From assembly GCA_963666275.2 (NCBI GenBank), contig CAXXOA010000001.1, positions 1 to 64,000 of the forward strand: 64,000 bases of DNA, in the 5' to 3' direction. Positions within the stretch are counted from its first letter, which is position 1. Each line of letters begins with the position of its first letter. Positions 45,234 to 55,161 of the stretch are shown here, one piece after another. Below the pieces are notes generated by a model. That model was not told the DNA's origin and did no database searches. It worked only from the letters and a program-made list of their open reading frames with translations. Source of the DNA: Oceanispirochaeta sp. (GTDB lineage: Bacteria; Spirochaetota; Spirochaetia; DSM-2461). A program made the position numbers and the translations under genes.

Positions 45234-46470
45234 TACTAACCGGTCCGATTATATCGGTCCCGAGGGGATCATAGAAAAGAAACAGGAGTATCTGATGCCC
45301 TGTTCCTTTCATTTTTACAAAGACCCTCCCCAGCTTGTAAAAGGGAAAGGCACAAAGCTCTACGACAGCTCAGGGCGGGAGTATACCGACTTTTTTGCAG
45401 GGGTTTCGGTCATGAGCTGCGGCCACTGCAATGAGAAGATCAATGCAAAGGTTATGGAACAGCTCAATACGCTGCAGCATACCACTTCGATCTATCTGAC
45501 TCAGCCTGTGGTGGATCTGGCGCAGAAACTGGCGGAAGTCCTCCCGGGAAATCTGAAGCAGAGTTTTTTCTGCAACTCCGGATCCGAAGCCAACGAGGGA
45601 GCCATGCTGCTGGCCCGGGTTGCGACGGGAAAGCGGGAGTTCCTGGCTCTGGAGAGAAGTCTCCATGGAAGGACCTTCCTGACCTCGGGAGCCACGGGGA
45701 TTCCCATGTGGCGGACCGACCCTTTTGCGGATGAAAACCCTGTGCATTTTGCCTCTGATGCGGATCATGTCTGCCGGATCCTGGAAGAAAAGGGTGATGC
45801 CATCGCCGCTCTGATGGTGGAACCCATTCAGGGCAACGCGGGGATCCGTCCTCTGGAGCCGGATTTCTTTGAAAAGGTGGGCCCCCTGCTGAAGGAGAAG
45901 AAGGTGCTTCTTATCAGTGATGAGATCCAGACGGGGTTTGCCCGGACAGGACGGATGTTTGCCATTGAGCATTACGGGATCGTTCCGGATATCCTGACAG
46001 GAGCCAAAGCCCTGGGGAACGGATTTCCCATCGGTTTCTTTGCGGCCGTCCCCGAGGTTGCCGCCTCTTTTACAAAGCCCTCGGCTTCCACCCTGGGGGG
46101 GAACCCCGTCTCCTGTCAGGCCGGACTGGCTGTCCTGGATTTTATCCGGGAGGAAAAATTGATGGAAAAGGCGGATACACTGGGTGGAATTCTGAAAAAG
46201 GGACTGACCAGGTTCAGCGGTTTGACTGACCATCTGGGTGAGCCCCGGGGCATGGGCCTTATGCTGGGGATTCCCGTGCTGCCCGAGGGAACTTCCCAGG
46301 CGGCGGATATCACCGACAGGATCCTGGAAGGGATGAAAGACCGGGGATTCCTTATCGGAAAGAACGGTATGGGCCGGGATGTTCTGGCCTTTCAGCCTCC
46401 TCTTGTCATTTCAGAAGAGGAAATAAAAGAGATGCTTGCGGCATTGGAAGAACTATTAACGGAGTTATGA
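45214..46470 (+). CDS. Class III PLP-dependent aminotransferase
   Basis: NSGSEAN, HGRT, EPIQG, DEIQTGF.RTG, AKALGNG (PLP Lys), STLGGNP. Confidence 0.92.
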   Translation: MAHTISDTNRSDYIGPEGIIEKKQEYLMPCSFHFYKDPPQLVKGKGTKLYDSSGREYTDFFAGVSVMSCGHCNEKINAKVMEQLNTLQHTTSIYLTQPVVDLAQKLAEVLPGNLKQSFFCNSGSEANEGAMLLARVATGKREFLALERSLHGRTFLTSGATGIPMWRTDPFADENPVHFASDADHVCRILEEKGDAIAALMVEPIQGNAGIRPLEPDFFEKVGPLLKEKKVLLISDEIQTGFARTGRMFAIEHYGIVPDILTGAKALGNGFPIGFFAAVPEVAASFTKPSASTLGGNPVSCQAGLAVLDFIREEKLMEKADTLGGILKKGLTRFSGLTDHLGEPRGMGLMLGIPVLPEGTSQAADITDRILEGMKDRGFLIGKNGMGRDVLAFQPPLVISEEEIKEMLAALEELLTEL

Positions 46471-47336
46471 TGAAAAAGATTTTTACTGTTTTATATATTG
46501 CCTGCCTGACCCTTTCGGTTACGGCGGGAGGTCAGAAGGAAGGGGCTCCGGCGGATCAGCCTGTGCGGATCGGTGTTATGCCCGATGCGGGAGCTCTGCC
46601 TCTGTTCCTGATGGAGGGGGTCGAGACAGTTCCCTTTATGAGCGCCAAAGAGCGGGATACGGCTATGCAGCTGGGAGAACTGGACGGGATTATGACCGAC
46701 ATGGTCGCGGTGGTTTCCTACGGTCAGCGGGGCATGCCTCTGAAAGTCATGACAATCACAGAAAGCCGGTTCCTCCTGGTGGGGCATCCCGGTTTTTCCG
46801 AAGAGGACACCTGGAGCGTGGGGCTTTCGGAGAACACAGTGATTGAGTTTATGGTGGATCAGCTGGCTCAGGGGATCGATGTTGAAAAAGTCGGTATTCC
46901 CCAGGTCCCGGTGCGCATGGAGATGCTCCGGAACGGAAAAATCCCCCTGGCCTGTCTGACCGATGCCATGGCCTGGCCCCTACTGAGCCGGGATTTTCCC
47001 ATTGTAAGAGATCAGGCCGATACAGATCTGGAACCTGCTGTCCTGGCATTTTCTGCCGAGTATGCCGGAAAAAACAGTCACAAACTGGCGGATTTCAGCC
47101 GCCGATGGGATGAGGCGGTGGATAAGATTAACGCCAGTCCTGAAGAGTACCGGTCCCTCCTTCTGGAAAAAATCCGCCTCCCCGAGGACACAGATCACCC
47201 CTATCCCATGCCTGTATTCAGATCCATCCAGCTGCCTCCTGAGGGAACGGTGGAAAAGGTTTTAACCTGGTTTGATGAAAAATACGGACTCACCTCTCCG
47301 GTCTCCTACGGAGATCTGATGCTGCAGGGGGAGTAG
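46467..47336 (+). CDS. ABC substrate-binding protein (NMT1/SsuA-like)
   Basis: Signal peptide ending AGGQKE; IGVMP, F.SA.ERD...GELDG; co-operonic with a TauBC-like ATPase and permease. Confidence 0.8.
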   Translation: MMKKIFTVLYIACLTLSVTAGGQKEGAPADQPVRIGVMPDAGALPLFLMEGVETVPFMSAKERDTAMQLGELDGIMTDMVAVVSYGQRGMPLKVMTITESRFLLVGHPGFSEEDTWSVGLSENTVIEFMVDQLAQGIDVEKVGIPQVPVRMEMLRNGKIPLACLTDAMAWPLLSRDFPIVRDQADTDLEPAVLAFSAEYAGKNSHKLADFSRRWDEAVDKINASPEEYRSLLLEKIRLPEDTDHPYPMPVFRSIQLPPEGTVEKVLTWFDEKYGLTSPVSYGDLMLQGE

Positions 47337-47339
47337 TCC

Positions 47340-48788
47340 ATGTCCTATAAAAGTCTGCAGGATTTTATCAAGCAGCTGGAGAAGGAGGGAGAGCTGAAAC
47401 GGATCAGCCTTCCTGTGGATTCTCATCTTGAAATTACCGAAATTACAGACAGGGTCAGCAAGCAGAACGGTCCGGCCCTTCTTTTTGAAAATGTGAAGGG
47501 TTCTGAATTCCCCGTGCTTATCAATGCCATGGGGAGCTACAAAAGGATGGCCATGGCTCTGGGGGCCGCGTCCCTGGACGAAAAGGCCGCTGAACTGGAA
47601 GATCTGATGGAGTGGGGTTTTTCCCAGATGCGACAGCTGGACATTATGAGCTTCTTTCCCAAGATCAAATGGGCCCGGCTCTTTCTGCCCCACAAGGTCC
47701 TTTCCGCTCCCTGCCAGCAGGTGGTGGATCATGACCCCGATCTGGGGACACTGCCTGTTCTTACCTGCTGGCCCGGTGACGGGGGCCCCTTTTTCACACT
47801 GCCTCTTGTGATTACAAAAGATCCCGAAACGGGGGCCCAGAATATGGGAATGTACAGGATGCAGGTGTACGACAGAAACACAACGGGAATGCACTGGCAC
47901 CACCACAAGGACGGAGCCCATTTCTATCAGAAATACAAGGACCAGGGAGAGAAAATGCCCGTAGCTGTGGCACTGGGTGATGACCCTGCGGTGACCTATT
48001 CGGCCACAGCCCCGCTTCCCGAGGGAATCTCGGAGCTCTTTTTTGCAGGATACCTCCGGGGAAAGCCGGTGGATACCGTTAAGTGCATCACTTCGGATCT
48101 TCAGGTTCCGGCCAATGCGGAGTTTATCCTGGAAGGCTATGTGGATCCTTCGGAACCGCTGCGCCGGGAAGGCCCCTTCGGGGATCATACGGGTTACTAC
48201 TCCCTGGCCGATGACTTTCCCGTCTTCCATGTGACCTGCATTACCCGGAAGAAAAAGCCTGTTTTTCCGGCTACCATCGTGGGACAGCCTCCCATGGAGG
48301 ACTGCTATATGGCTAAAGCTACGGAAAGGCTCTTTCTGCCGCTTCTGAAGAAGATGCATCCCGAGATCATCGATATGAACCTTCCCCTGGAAGGGGTTTT
48401 TCACAACTGCGCCATCATCTCCATAAAAAAACGCTTTGCCGGGCATGTCCATAAAGTTCTGAGCAGCCTCTGGGGGCTGGGGCAGATGATGTACACCAAA
48501 ATGATCATTGTGGTAGACCACGATGTGGATGTGCAGGACCTGAGCCTCGTGATGTGGAAGGTCTTCAACAATATCGATGCCGAAAGGGATCTGATCATGA
48601 GTCAGGGCCCCCTGGATACTCTGGATCATGCTTCCCCCCGGGCCCGGTTCGGTACCCGCCTGGGCGTGGATGCCACCCGGAAAGGGCCCATGGACGGCCA
48701 TCACAGGGAGTGGCCTGAAGACATTGTGATGAGCGATGAAATCAAAGAACAGGTAGACCGCAGATGGAAGGAGCTGGGTTTTGAATAA
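47340..48788 (+). CDS. UbiD-family prFMN-dependent decarboxylase (MqnL-like)
   Basis: GPALLFENV, NMGMYR, EGPFGDHTGYY, GQPPMED, VDHDVD, LDH, GVDAT. Confidence 0.93.
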   Translation: MSYKSLQDFIKQLEKEGELKRISLPVDSHLEITEITDRVSKQNGPALLFENVKGSEFPVLINAMGSYKRMAMALGAASLDEKAAELEDLMEWGFSQMRQLDIMSFFPKIKWARLFLPHKVLSAPCQQVVDHDPDLGTLPVLTCWPGDGGPFFTLPLVITKDPETGAQNMGMYRMQVYDRNTTGMHWHHHKDGAHFYQKYKDQGEKMPVAVALGDDPAVTYSATAPLPEGISELFFAGYLRGKPVDTVKCITSDLQVPANAEFILEGYVDPSEPLRREGPFGDHTGYYSLADDFPVFHVTCITRKKKPVFPATIVGQPPMEDCYMAKATERLFLPLLKKMHPEIIDMNLPLEGVFHNCAIISIKKRFAGHVHKVLSSLWGLGQMMYTKMIIVVDHDVDVQDLSLVMWKVFNNIDAERDLIMSQGPLDTLDHASPRARFGTRLGVDATRKGPMDGHHREWPEDIVMSDEIKEQVDRRWKELGFE

Positions 48789-49683
48789 GCTCATCACCCT
48801 GGCGGGACGGGAGCTGGAAAGGGGAAAGGGGATCAGCCGGGCCGTGATGCTGGAGCATACCCTTTTCTCCCTGCCCCTGGCTGTGAGCGCCTTCCTTCTG
48901 GAAAGCAGGGGCCGTCCGGCTCTTATGGATGTGGTCTGGATTCTCCTGGCCGTATTCGGAGCCCGCAACGGCGCCAATGCGCTGAACCGCCTGATTGACC
49001 GGAAAATCGATGCGGCTAATCCCCGGACAGCCGGGAGGGATCTGCCCTCAGGGAAGGTGAAAGCCCTGGATCTTTGGCTTTTCACGGCTTTCTGCGGCAT
49101 CCTCTTTATAGTGTCCGCAGCCATGCTGAACCCGCTCTGTCTGGCCCTTGTGCCAGTCGGTGCCGTTCTGATCGGAGGCTACTCCTTTACCAAACGGTTC
49201 ACCTGGCTCTGCCATTTCTGGCTGGGCGTCACCTGCTCCGCCGCGGTGATGGGCAGTTATCTCGCCCTGACCGGCCACTTTGAGATCCGGTATTTTCCTC
49301 TGACCATCGCCGCGGCCCTCTGGATCGCCGGTTTTGATATGATCTACGCCCTTCAGGATATTGAGCACGACAGAGCCCACGGGATCCATTCGGTTCCCGC
49401 CCGGTTCGGCCGCAGCGGCGCTCTTGTGATCATCGCTTTGTGCCATGCCGGAGCGGTTTTGTTTTTTGCCCTGAATGCCCTGTTTTTTCCGGTCCGGATC
49501 TGGTACTTCCTGGGACTGGCCGGGGCGTCTCTTCTCCTGATCGCGGAAAACCTGATCGCCCGTAAGGGGAGCGTCAAATGGATTCCCCTGGCGTCCTACC
49601 ATCTGAATCAGATCCTTTCGCCTCTGTTTCTTCTCTTTGTCCTGCTGGATATCTATCTGCCCGGAGGACTGTATGGGAATTGA
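48781..49683 (+). CDS. UbiA-family aromatic prenyltransferase (MqnP-like)
   Basis: EHTLFSLP, NRLIDRKIDAANPRT, YSFTKR, FDMIYALQD..HD; TTG start overlapping the ubiD stop. Confidence 0.92.
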   Translation: MNKLITLAGRELERGKGISRAVMLEHTLFSLPLAVSAFLLESRGRPALMDVVWILLAVFGARNGANALNRLIDRKIDAANPRTAGRDLPSGKVKALDLWLFTAFCGILFIVSAAMLNPLCLALVPVGAVLIGGYSFTKRFTWLCHFWLGVTCSAAVMGSYLALTGHFEIRYFPLTIAAALWIAGFDMIYALQDIEHDRAHGIHSVPARFGRSGALVIIALCHAGAVLFFALNALFFPVRIWYFLGLAGASLLLIAENLIARKGSVKWIPLASYHLNQILSPLFLLFVLLDIYLPGGLYGN

Positions 49684-49698
49684 AGGACAGGGCCGGAG

Positions 49699-50451
49699 AT
49701 GATTGCCTTCAGGGACCTCTCCTACTGTTACGGCAGCGGCAAAGCTGTGATCCCCTGTCTGAACGGCTCCTGGGAAGCCGGCAGGATCCACGGACTGATC
49801 GGCCCCTCGGGCTGCGGAAAGAGCACGCTCCTCTATCTGATCGCGGGACTTTTAACTCCTTCGGGAGGGGATCTGCTTGTGGATTCTGAGACTCCGGTTC
49901 CGGGAAGGTATAAAACCGCTGTGATCCTGCAGAATCACGGGCTTTTCCCCTGGAAAACAGCCTGGGAAAATATTGCTCTGGGCCTCAAAATCCGCAAAGA
50001 GAAACCGGCTGTGATCCGCCGGAAGGTGGCGCAGGTTCTGGAGGAGCTGGGTCTTCAGGGAAAGGAGAAATCCTATCCCCGGGAGCTCTCGGGGGGAGAA
50101 CAGCAGAGGCTTGCCATCGGGCGGGCGCTGGTGCTGGATCCGGAACTCCTTCTGCTGGATGAACCCTTTTCCGCTCTGGATGCCATGACCCGGGAGAGAC
50201 TGCAGGACAGCCTCTGGATGCTGAAACAGAGGCGTTCGGAAGGGACGGGACTGACTGTTGTCCATGTGACCCACAGTATTGAAGAGGCTGTCTTTCTGAG
50301 TGACCGCATTCATATCATGGATCAGGCCGGTGAGATCCACAGCACGGAAAATCATACCCCCGGCCCGGGATACAGAATGGAAAGCTCCTATTTCGAACGC
50401 TGTGTGGCCCTGAGAAAGGCCTTTGATCTTCATACGGGAGGGGAGATGTGA
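49699..50451 (+). CDS. ABC ATPase (TauB/SsuB-like)
   Basis: GPSGCGKS, LFPW, LSGGEQQR, LLDEPFSALD, VTH. Confidence 0.93.
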   Translation: MIAFRDLSYCYGSGKAVIPCLNGSWEAGRIHGLIGPSGCGKSTLLYLIAGLLTPSGGDLLVDSETPVPGRYKTAVILQNHGLFPWKTAWENIALGLKIRKEKPAVIRRKVAQVLEELGLQGKEKSYPRELSGGEQQRLAIGRALVLDPELLLLDEPFSALDAMTRERLQDSLWMLKQRRSEGTGLTVVHVTHSIEEAVFLSDRIHIMDQAGEIHSTENHTPGPGYRMESSYFERCVALRKAFDLHTGGEM

Positions 50452-51173
50452 AAAGACTGATTCCTCCGCTGCTCTTTTTTCTTTTTCTCTGGTGGGTGCT
50501 GGCCCTTGTTCTGGCCATCCCGTTTCTGCCGGCACCGGACAGGGTGATACTGGAACTCTTTGATCAGTTCCGTCAGGGGCTCCTGGGGCCTCATCTGGCG
50601 ATTTCCCTCTACAGGGTTCTCACGGCTCTGGCTCTGGCGTTTATCCCCGCCCTGTTTCTGGGAATCCTCTCGGGCGTAAACCGGAAGATCGACCGAGTTG
50701 TCAGCCCCGGAGTATACCTGCTCTATCCGATTCCCAAAGTGGCCCTTCTGCCAATTATCCTCCTCTTTCTGGGGCTTGGAAACGGCTCGAAGATCTTCTT
50801 TGTGGCTCTTATTATTTTCTTTCAGTTCTATCTGAACTTCCGTGATGAAACCGCCGGGATCAATCAGCGGTACTTTGATTCCCTGACCACTCTGGGAGGG
50901 GGCCGTATCGATCAGTGGAGACACATCATTCTGCCGGCTCTGCTTCCGAGGATCTACTCTTCCCTGCGGATGACCCTGGGAACCGCCATTGCCGTCCTGT
51001 TCCTGGCGGAAACTTTTGCCACCAGGCAGGGAATCGGCTGGTACATCATGGATGCCTGGTCCCGGTTCGCCTATGTGGAGATGTATGCGGGCATTGCCGC
51101 TCTGAGTCTGTCGGGGCTGGTTCTCTTCCTTCTGCTGGATCTGGCGGAAGCTTTGAGCTGCCGCTGGAAGTGA
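50448..51173 (+). CDS. ABC permease (TauC/SsuC-like)
   Basis: PIPKVALLP, ILPALLP, AE...GIG motifs; GTGA overlap. Confidence 0.92.
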   Translation: MKRLIPPLLFFLFLWWVLALVLAIPFLPAPDRVILELFDQFRQGLLGPHLAISLYRVLTALALAFIPALFLGILSGVNRKIDRVVSPGVYLLYPIPKVALLPIILLFLGLGNGSKIFFVALIIFFQFYLNFRDETAGINQRYFDSLTTLGGGRIDQWRHIILPALLPRIYSSLRMTLGTAIAVLFLAETFATRQGIGWYIMDAWSRFAYVEMYAGIAALSLSGLVLFLLLDLAEALSCRWK

Positions 51174-51260
51174 ACTGAAGGTGGAGAAGGAAATGATAGA
51201 TCTTTGCGGGAATTGTCAAACAGCTGCAATAATGTATTCTCAAGGGGAAAAGAAGTTTTC

Positions 51261-52397
51261 CTATCCCTGAAATATATAATTATTTAGCCAAAGTTCAAAA
51301 ACCGGATCCAGAATGGTCAGGGATGATGATGTTATATCAATGATGTCATTCTCTTCCAGCCGTTTCTTATTTTTACTGACGTTCCCGGAAGTTCCCAACT
51401 TGTATTTTTGCAGGATCGATGCAGAGTTCAGCGAGGTTTCTCCATTACATAGTGCCCTGAGTAGATTTATCTGACTTGGACTGAAGCCTTCGAATTCCCT
51501 TGTAAAGAAAGGGCGGTTTGTATTGATTAACTGGTCTATTCCTGTATGAAATATTTCTTCGGTGACAATCTTTTCTGTCAGTGTCCAGATGATATGGGAC
51601 AGTTGTTGAACATAATAGGGGTGGTTTTTCATATGATCGGCAATTCTTCCGCAAAGAGCAGATGGAATGTCCTTTCCTGTTCTCTGAAAAGAATCTCCGA
51701 TGAAATCCACCCAGTGCTGCCGATCAATTTTTTCAAGAAAAAGAACTGTACCGAATCGATAGAACGGACTATTCTGGTTGTGGAAAATATGACTCATCAT
51801 ATGACGTTTACTGCCATACAGGCAGTAGGTCGTTAAACTGTGTGTCTGCCAGCGGCTGCGCAGCTCTTTCAGCAGTTCTTTGGGCTGTCCATATTGTGAG
51901 AGATTCTGAAATTCATCGATACATATCAGAAATTTTATTTTCTTCCTGCTAGCGATTTTCTCGGGTAAATCGAGAATCTCATGACGATGTTCTGAGACTT
52001 CACTAATATTGAAACTGAGAGATATATCTCCTCCCGCTGTATCAGGAGCAAGGGTAATCTTTGGGACTATGTTTTTCAGAAATGTTTTGGTATTCTGAAT
52101 TATTTCTTCCAGCTTTCCCGATGACGCTTTAATAACCTCTTTGGCATAAAGTTCCAGAAACTCCTCTTCAGTTCTTATACTGAAAAGATCTATCATTATG
52201 ACACGATATTGCTGATTTGGAATGAATGTCTCATCCATATACTTTTTTATTAATGAAGATTTGCCCCAGCGACGGGGAGATATAAGGATGGTCGATAAAC
52301 TGCTGGACAGGTTGGATTTGAGTAATTTCATGATCTCTTCCCTGTCTGTGAAGGATCTTCCTGATACAATTCTACCGAAAGAAAAGGGCGAAGTCAT
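51261..52397 (-). CDS. P-loop ATPase (archaeal ATPase/STAND-like) with a probable C-terminal wHTH
   Basis: PFSFG...FTDR, PRRWGKSS, IDEFQ, GS, HPYYVQ, DPVF; AAGGAG SD before MTSPF. Confidence 0.85.
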   Translation of the reverse strand: MTSPFSFGRIVSGRSFTDREEIMKLLKSNLSSSLSTILISPRRWGKSSLIKKYMDETFIPNQQYRVIMIDLFSIRTEEEFLELYAKEVIKASSGKLEEIIQNTKTFLKNIVPKITLAPDTAGGDISLSFNISEVSEHRHEILDLPEKIASRKKIKFLICIDEFQNLSQYGQPKELLKELRSRWQTHSLTTYCLYGSKRHMMSHIFHNQNSPFYRFGTVLFLEKIDRQHWVDFIGDSFQRTGKDIPSALCGRIADHMKNHPYYVQQLSHIIWTLTEKIVTEEIFHTGIDQLINTNRPFFTREFEGFSPSQINLLRALCNGETSLNSASILQKYKLGTSGNVSKNKKRLEENDIIDITSSSLTILDPVFELWLNNYIFQG

Positions 52398-52480
52398 TTG
52401 AAACTCCTTGGTATGATACTCGATAGTAGCATACCAAGAGGTATCATGCAATTAATAATTTATCTGAGAGAAGCTGGATA

Positions 52481-53968
52481 TCAGTTCAGATCTTCGATCC
52501 TGACGATTCCGATTTTATTCAGAACAATGCAGAAGTGGTAGATCTCTTCCTCTTCTATCTGACTGTCTTCCCTGAGGCTCATAATCAGATGGATTCTGTA
52601 GACCCGGTTTCCTTTGATTTTCAGTTTTTTCCGGTTCTCCAGGCGGTAGAAGATGTCTTTGGGATCATCCATCTCCTTGAGCCAGTCCTGAATGTTGATC
52701 CGGATTATTTCGGTGATACTGCTGGTCCGGCTGTGATGGTCCCTCAGTTTCCGGGACTTCAGCTCTATGATCCGTTTATAGTGAATGATATCCTGTTCCG
52801 GCAGGATCGAGCGGAAAGGGTTGGGCTGCTGATACCGGGCTTTCAGGATCTTCACCGGGACATCTCCGGCCTTTTCAAATCCCGCATATCCCCTGCTGAC
52901 ACCCACTTTTTTCTGCTGGGCCCTGTCAAAAAGGAGCGAGAGCTGATCCGAGGTAATCCGGGGCATCAGTTTCTTCATCCACTCCCGGAGGACTTCCTTG
53001 ATTCTGTCTTTGAACACATAGGACATGACAATCAGCAGTATCCAGGGAAGGCTGTTGGGAATGAACATCTTTCCGGCGAAGATCGTCACAAGCACCGCGA
53101 AAATCATAGCCACACCGGCGGCGATTCCCGCTATGATATGGCCCACTCTATGAGGGGTTCTGCTCTCTTCCAGGTTCATGTACATGGCTGACTGGGACCA
53201 CTTTTTGAGGATACTCTCCCTGTAGGCCATCCTTTCCCCCGAGTAGGGGTCGTTTTCCCTGTAGAGGTACTCGTATTTCATGCTCTCCCTGTAGACTGTT
53301 TCCGCCCGGGTTATCTCCTCATAGGAACTGAGCAGTTCCTCAGGGTTCTCCAGGGACAGGCTGTAGGTAAACAGCCGGTTCAGGGCCCTCTCCGTGGTTA
53401 TGCTTATGGATTCATCCGCCCAGGCCAGGGCGGTTCTCTGGACTTCTGAAACCCGGGGATTGATAAAGGCTTCGTGGAGTTTCCGGAAGGTTTTGAGAAA
53501 GGTCTGAACCTCATCCAGAAAGACATGGATCCTTCTGATACACATACTGTCCATATTGCGTTTCTGGATCTCATTGTTTATCAGTTCTACCGTGTTATCC
53601 ACTTCCACCTTATAGATATTCGCAAGAATCTGAAGCTCATGGAGGAGGACATCCCTCCTGCGGGGCTGCTTGATTTCAGGAATTTCCATAAAATTGAGGA
53701 TCCGGGTAATCGGGCTGAGTTTGTTTTTTTTATCCACCAGCATTTTCAGAGAAAGCCCGGGGGTGGAAAACCTTGTATAGACTTTAATGTTTTCTATAAA
53801 ACGTTTTACACCTATACGCCTTCCTGTGACATTCAGCTGGTTGGGGAAGAAAAAGTAGAAATCCATCTGGTAGTCGGTGAGCTTTTTATCCTTCAGGAGG
53901 GGATATTCCGATTTCAGTTCAAGGTGATGGCGGCTATGGACCCGGATGGAACAGTTGTATTCTTTCAT
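52481..53968 (-). CDS. Hypothetical membrane protein (2 central TM)
   Basis: 495-aa ORF with its own TTGCAA-17-TATTGT promoter; function not recognised. Confidence 0.75.
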   Translation of the reverse strand: MKEYNCSIRVHSRHHLELKSEYPLLKDKKLTDYQMDFYFFFPNQLNVTGRRIGVKRFIENIKVYTRFSTPGLSLKMLVDKKNKLSPITRILNFMEIPEIKQPRRRDVLLHELQILANIYKVEVDNTVELINNEIQKRNMDSMCIRRIHVFLDEVQTFLKTFRKLHEAFINPRVSEVQRTALAWADESISITTERALNRLFTYSLSLENPEELLSSYEEITRAETVYRESMKYEYLYRENDPYSGERMAYRESILKKWSQSAMYMNLEESRTPHRVGHIIAGIAAGVAMIFAVLVTIFAGKMFIPNSLPWILLIVMSYVFKDRIKEVLREWMKKLMPRITSDQLSLLFDRAQQKKVGVSRGYAGFEKAGDVPVKILKARYQQPNPFRSILPEQDIIHYKRIIELKSRKLRDHHSRTSSITEIIRINIQDWLKEMDDPKDIFYRLENRKKLKIKGNRVYRIHLIMSLREDSQIEEEEIYHFCIVLNKIGIVRIEDLN

Positions 53969-54066
53969 ATTTTTTTCTCAAATGTTAAAAAACTAACAAT
54001 AAACTAACATAACTGTGATTGCAAGGGCCTCCCTCTGGAGGGGCGGCGGCCGTTATGGGGCAAAAA

Positions 54067-55152
54067 CTATTTTTTATACAGCCGCAGCTGGGTCTTGTCA
54101 AAACTCAGATAGGCTTTCTCTCCGGGAAGAAAATTGTGCCTGTCCGGCCCTGTATTGGGTTTATGGATATTGAGGAATGATCCGTCGAATTCCACTCTGT
54201 ACTCGGTATGGGAACCCAGAAAGGATTTCACATCCACAACCGCACAGTAATCTCCAGGCTGCCGGCTTATACTGACCGCTTCGGGTTTGATGGAAAGATA
54301 TACCTCTTCGCCTTCATGGAAATACCGGGCGTGTTTTTCGACCTTCAGAACCAGGAGTTTCTCCTGCAGCCTCAGGGATATGCGGTGCCCCTCAATCTCT
54401 TCTATGACGGCTGTGAGAAAGTTGGTGTTCCCTATGAAATCCGCTACAAAAGGGGTAGCCGGAGAGTTGTAGATCTCTTCGGGGGATCCCGACTGAATCA
54501 TCTCTCCCCGGTTCATGACAATGATCCTGTCGGAAAGGCTCAGAGCCTCAGACTGGTCGTGGGTCACATAAATGACTGTGATTCCCAGCATCCTGTGGAC
54601 CCTTTTGATCTCTGTTCTTGTCTGAATCCGCAATTTGACATCCAGGTTGGACAGAGGTTCGTCAAACAGGATGATATGGGGTTTCAGAACCAGGGTTCTG
54701 GCCAGAGCCACCCGCTGCTGCTGTCCTCCCGACAGTTCCGAGGGAAAGCGGTTTTCCAGTCCGACAAGATTCACAACCTGACAGGCCATGGCCACATCGT
54801 TGCGGATCACTTCCCGGGACATCTTTCTGGCCCTCAGACCGTAGGCTATATTTTCGAAAACAGTCATATGGGGGAAGAGGGCGTAGCTCTGAAACACCAT
54901 GGGCATGGACCTTTTGTGAGGGGCCAGGGCGTTTATGTTCCTGCCCTCCAGGAATATCTGACCCTCCGAGGGGGCTTCCAGGCCTGCAATGATCCGCAGT
55001 GCCGTGGTTTTTCCGCTCCCCGAGGGGCCCAGAAGGGTCAGGAATTCCCCTTTCCGGACTTCCAGGTTCAATCTGTCCAGTGCAGATATTTCCTTCTCGG
55101 TACCGGGGAAATATTTTTTACTGATGTCTTTTAAAACAAGATACTCTTTCAT
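54067..55152 (-). CDS. ABC ATPase (AfuC/FbpC/PotA-like)
   Basis: GPSGSGKT, LSGGQQQR, DEPLSNLD, TOBE tail. Confidence 0.93.
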   Translation of the reverse strand: MKEYLVLKDISKKYFPGTEKEISALDRLNLEVRKGEFLTLLGPSGSGKTTALRIIAGLEAPSEGQIFLEGRNINALAPHKRSMPMVFQSYALFPHMTVFENIAYGLRARKMSREVIRNDVAMACQVVNLVGLENRFPSELSGGQQQRVALARTLVLKPHIILFDEPLSNLDVKLRIQTRTEIKRVHRMLGITVIYVTHDQSEALSLSDRIIVMNRGEMIQSGSPEEIYNSPATPFVADFIGNTNFLTAVIEEIEGHRISLRLQEKLLVLKVEKHARYFHEGEEVYLSIKPEAVSISRQPGDYCAVVDVKSFLGSHTEYRVEFDGSFLNIHKPNTGPDRHNFLPGEKAYLSFDKTQLRLYKK

Positions 55153-55161
55153 CAGGACTTC

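Noticed and set aside
46467..47336. SBP-fold gene as MqnA or MqnD
   Set aside because: It has a signal peptide and a cognate ATPase and permease in the operon, so a transport SBP is more likely
47262..49124. 620-aa minus-strand ORF
   Set aside because: Antisense shadow of ubiD/ubiA with no recognisable motifs
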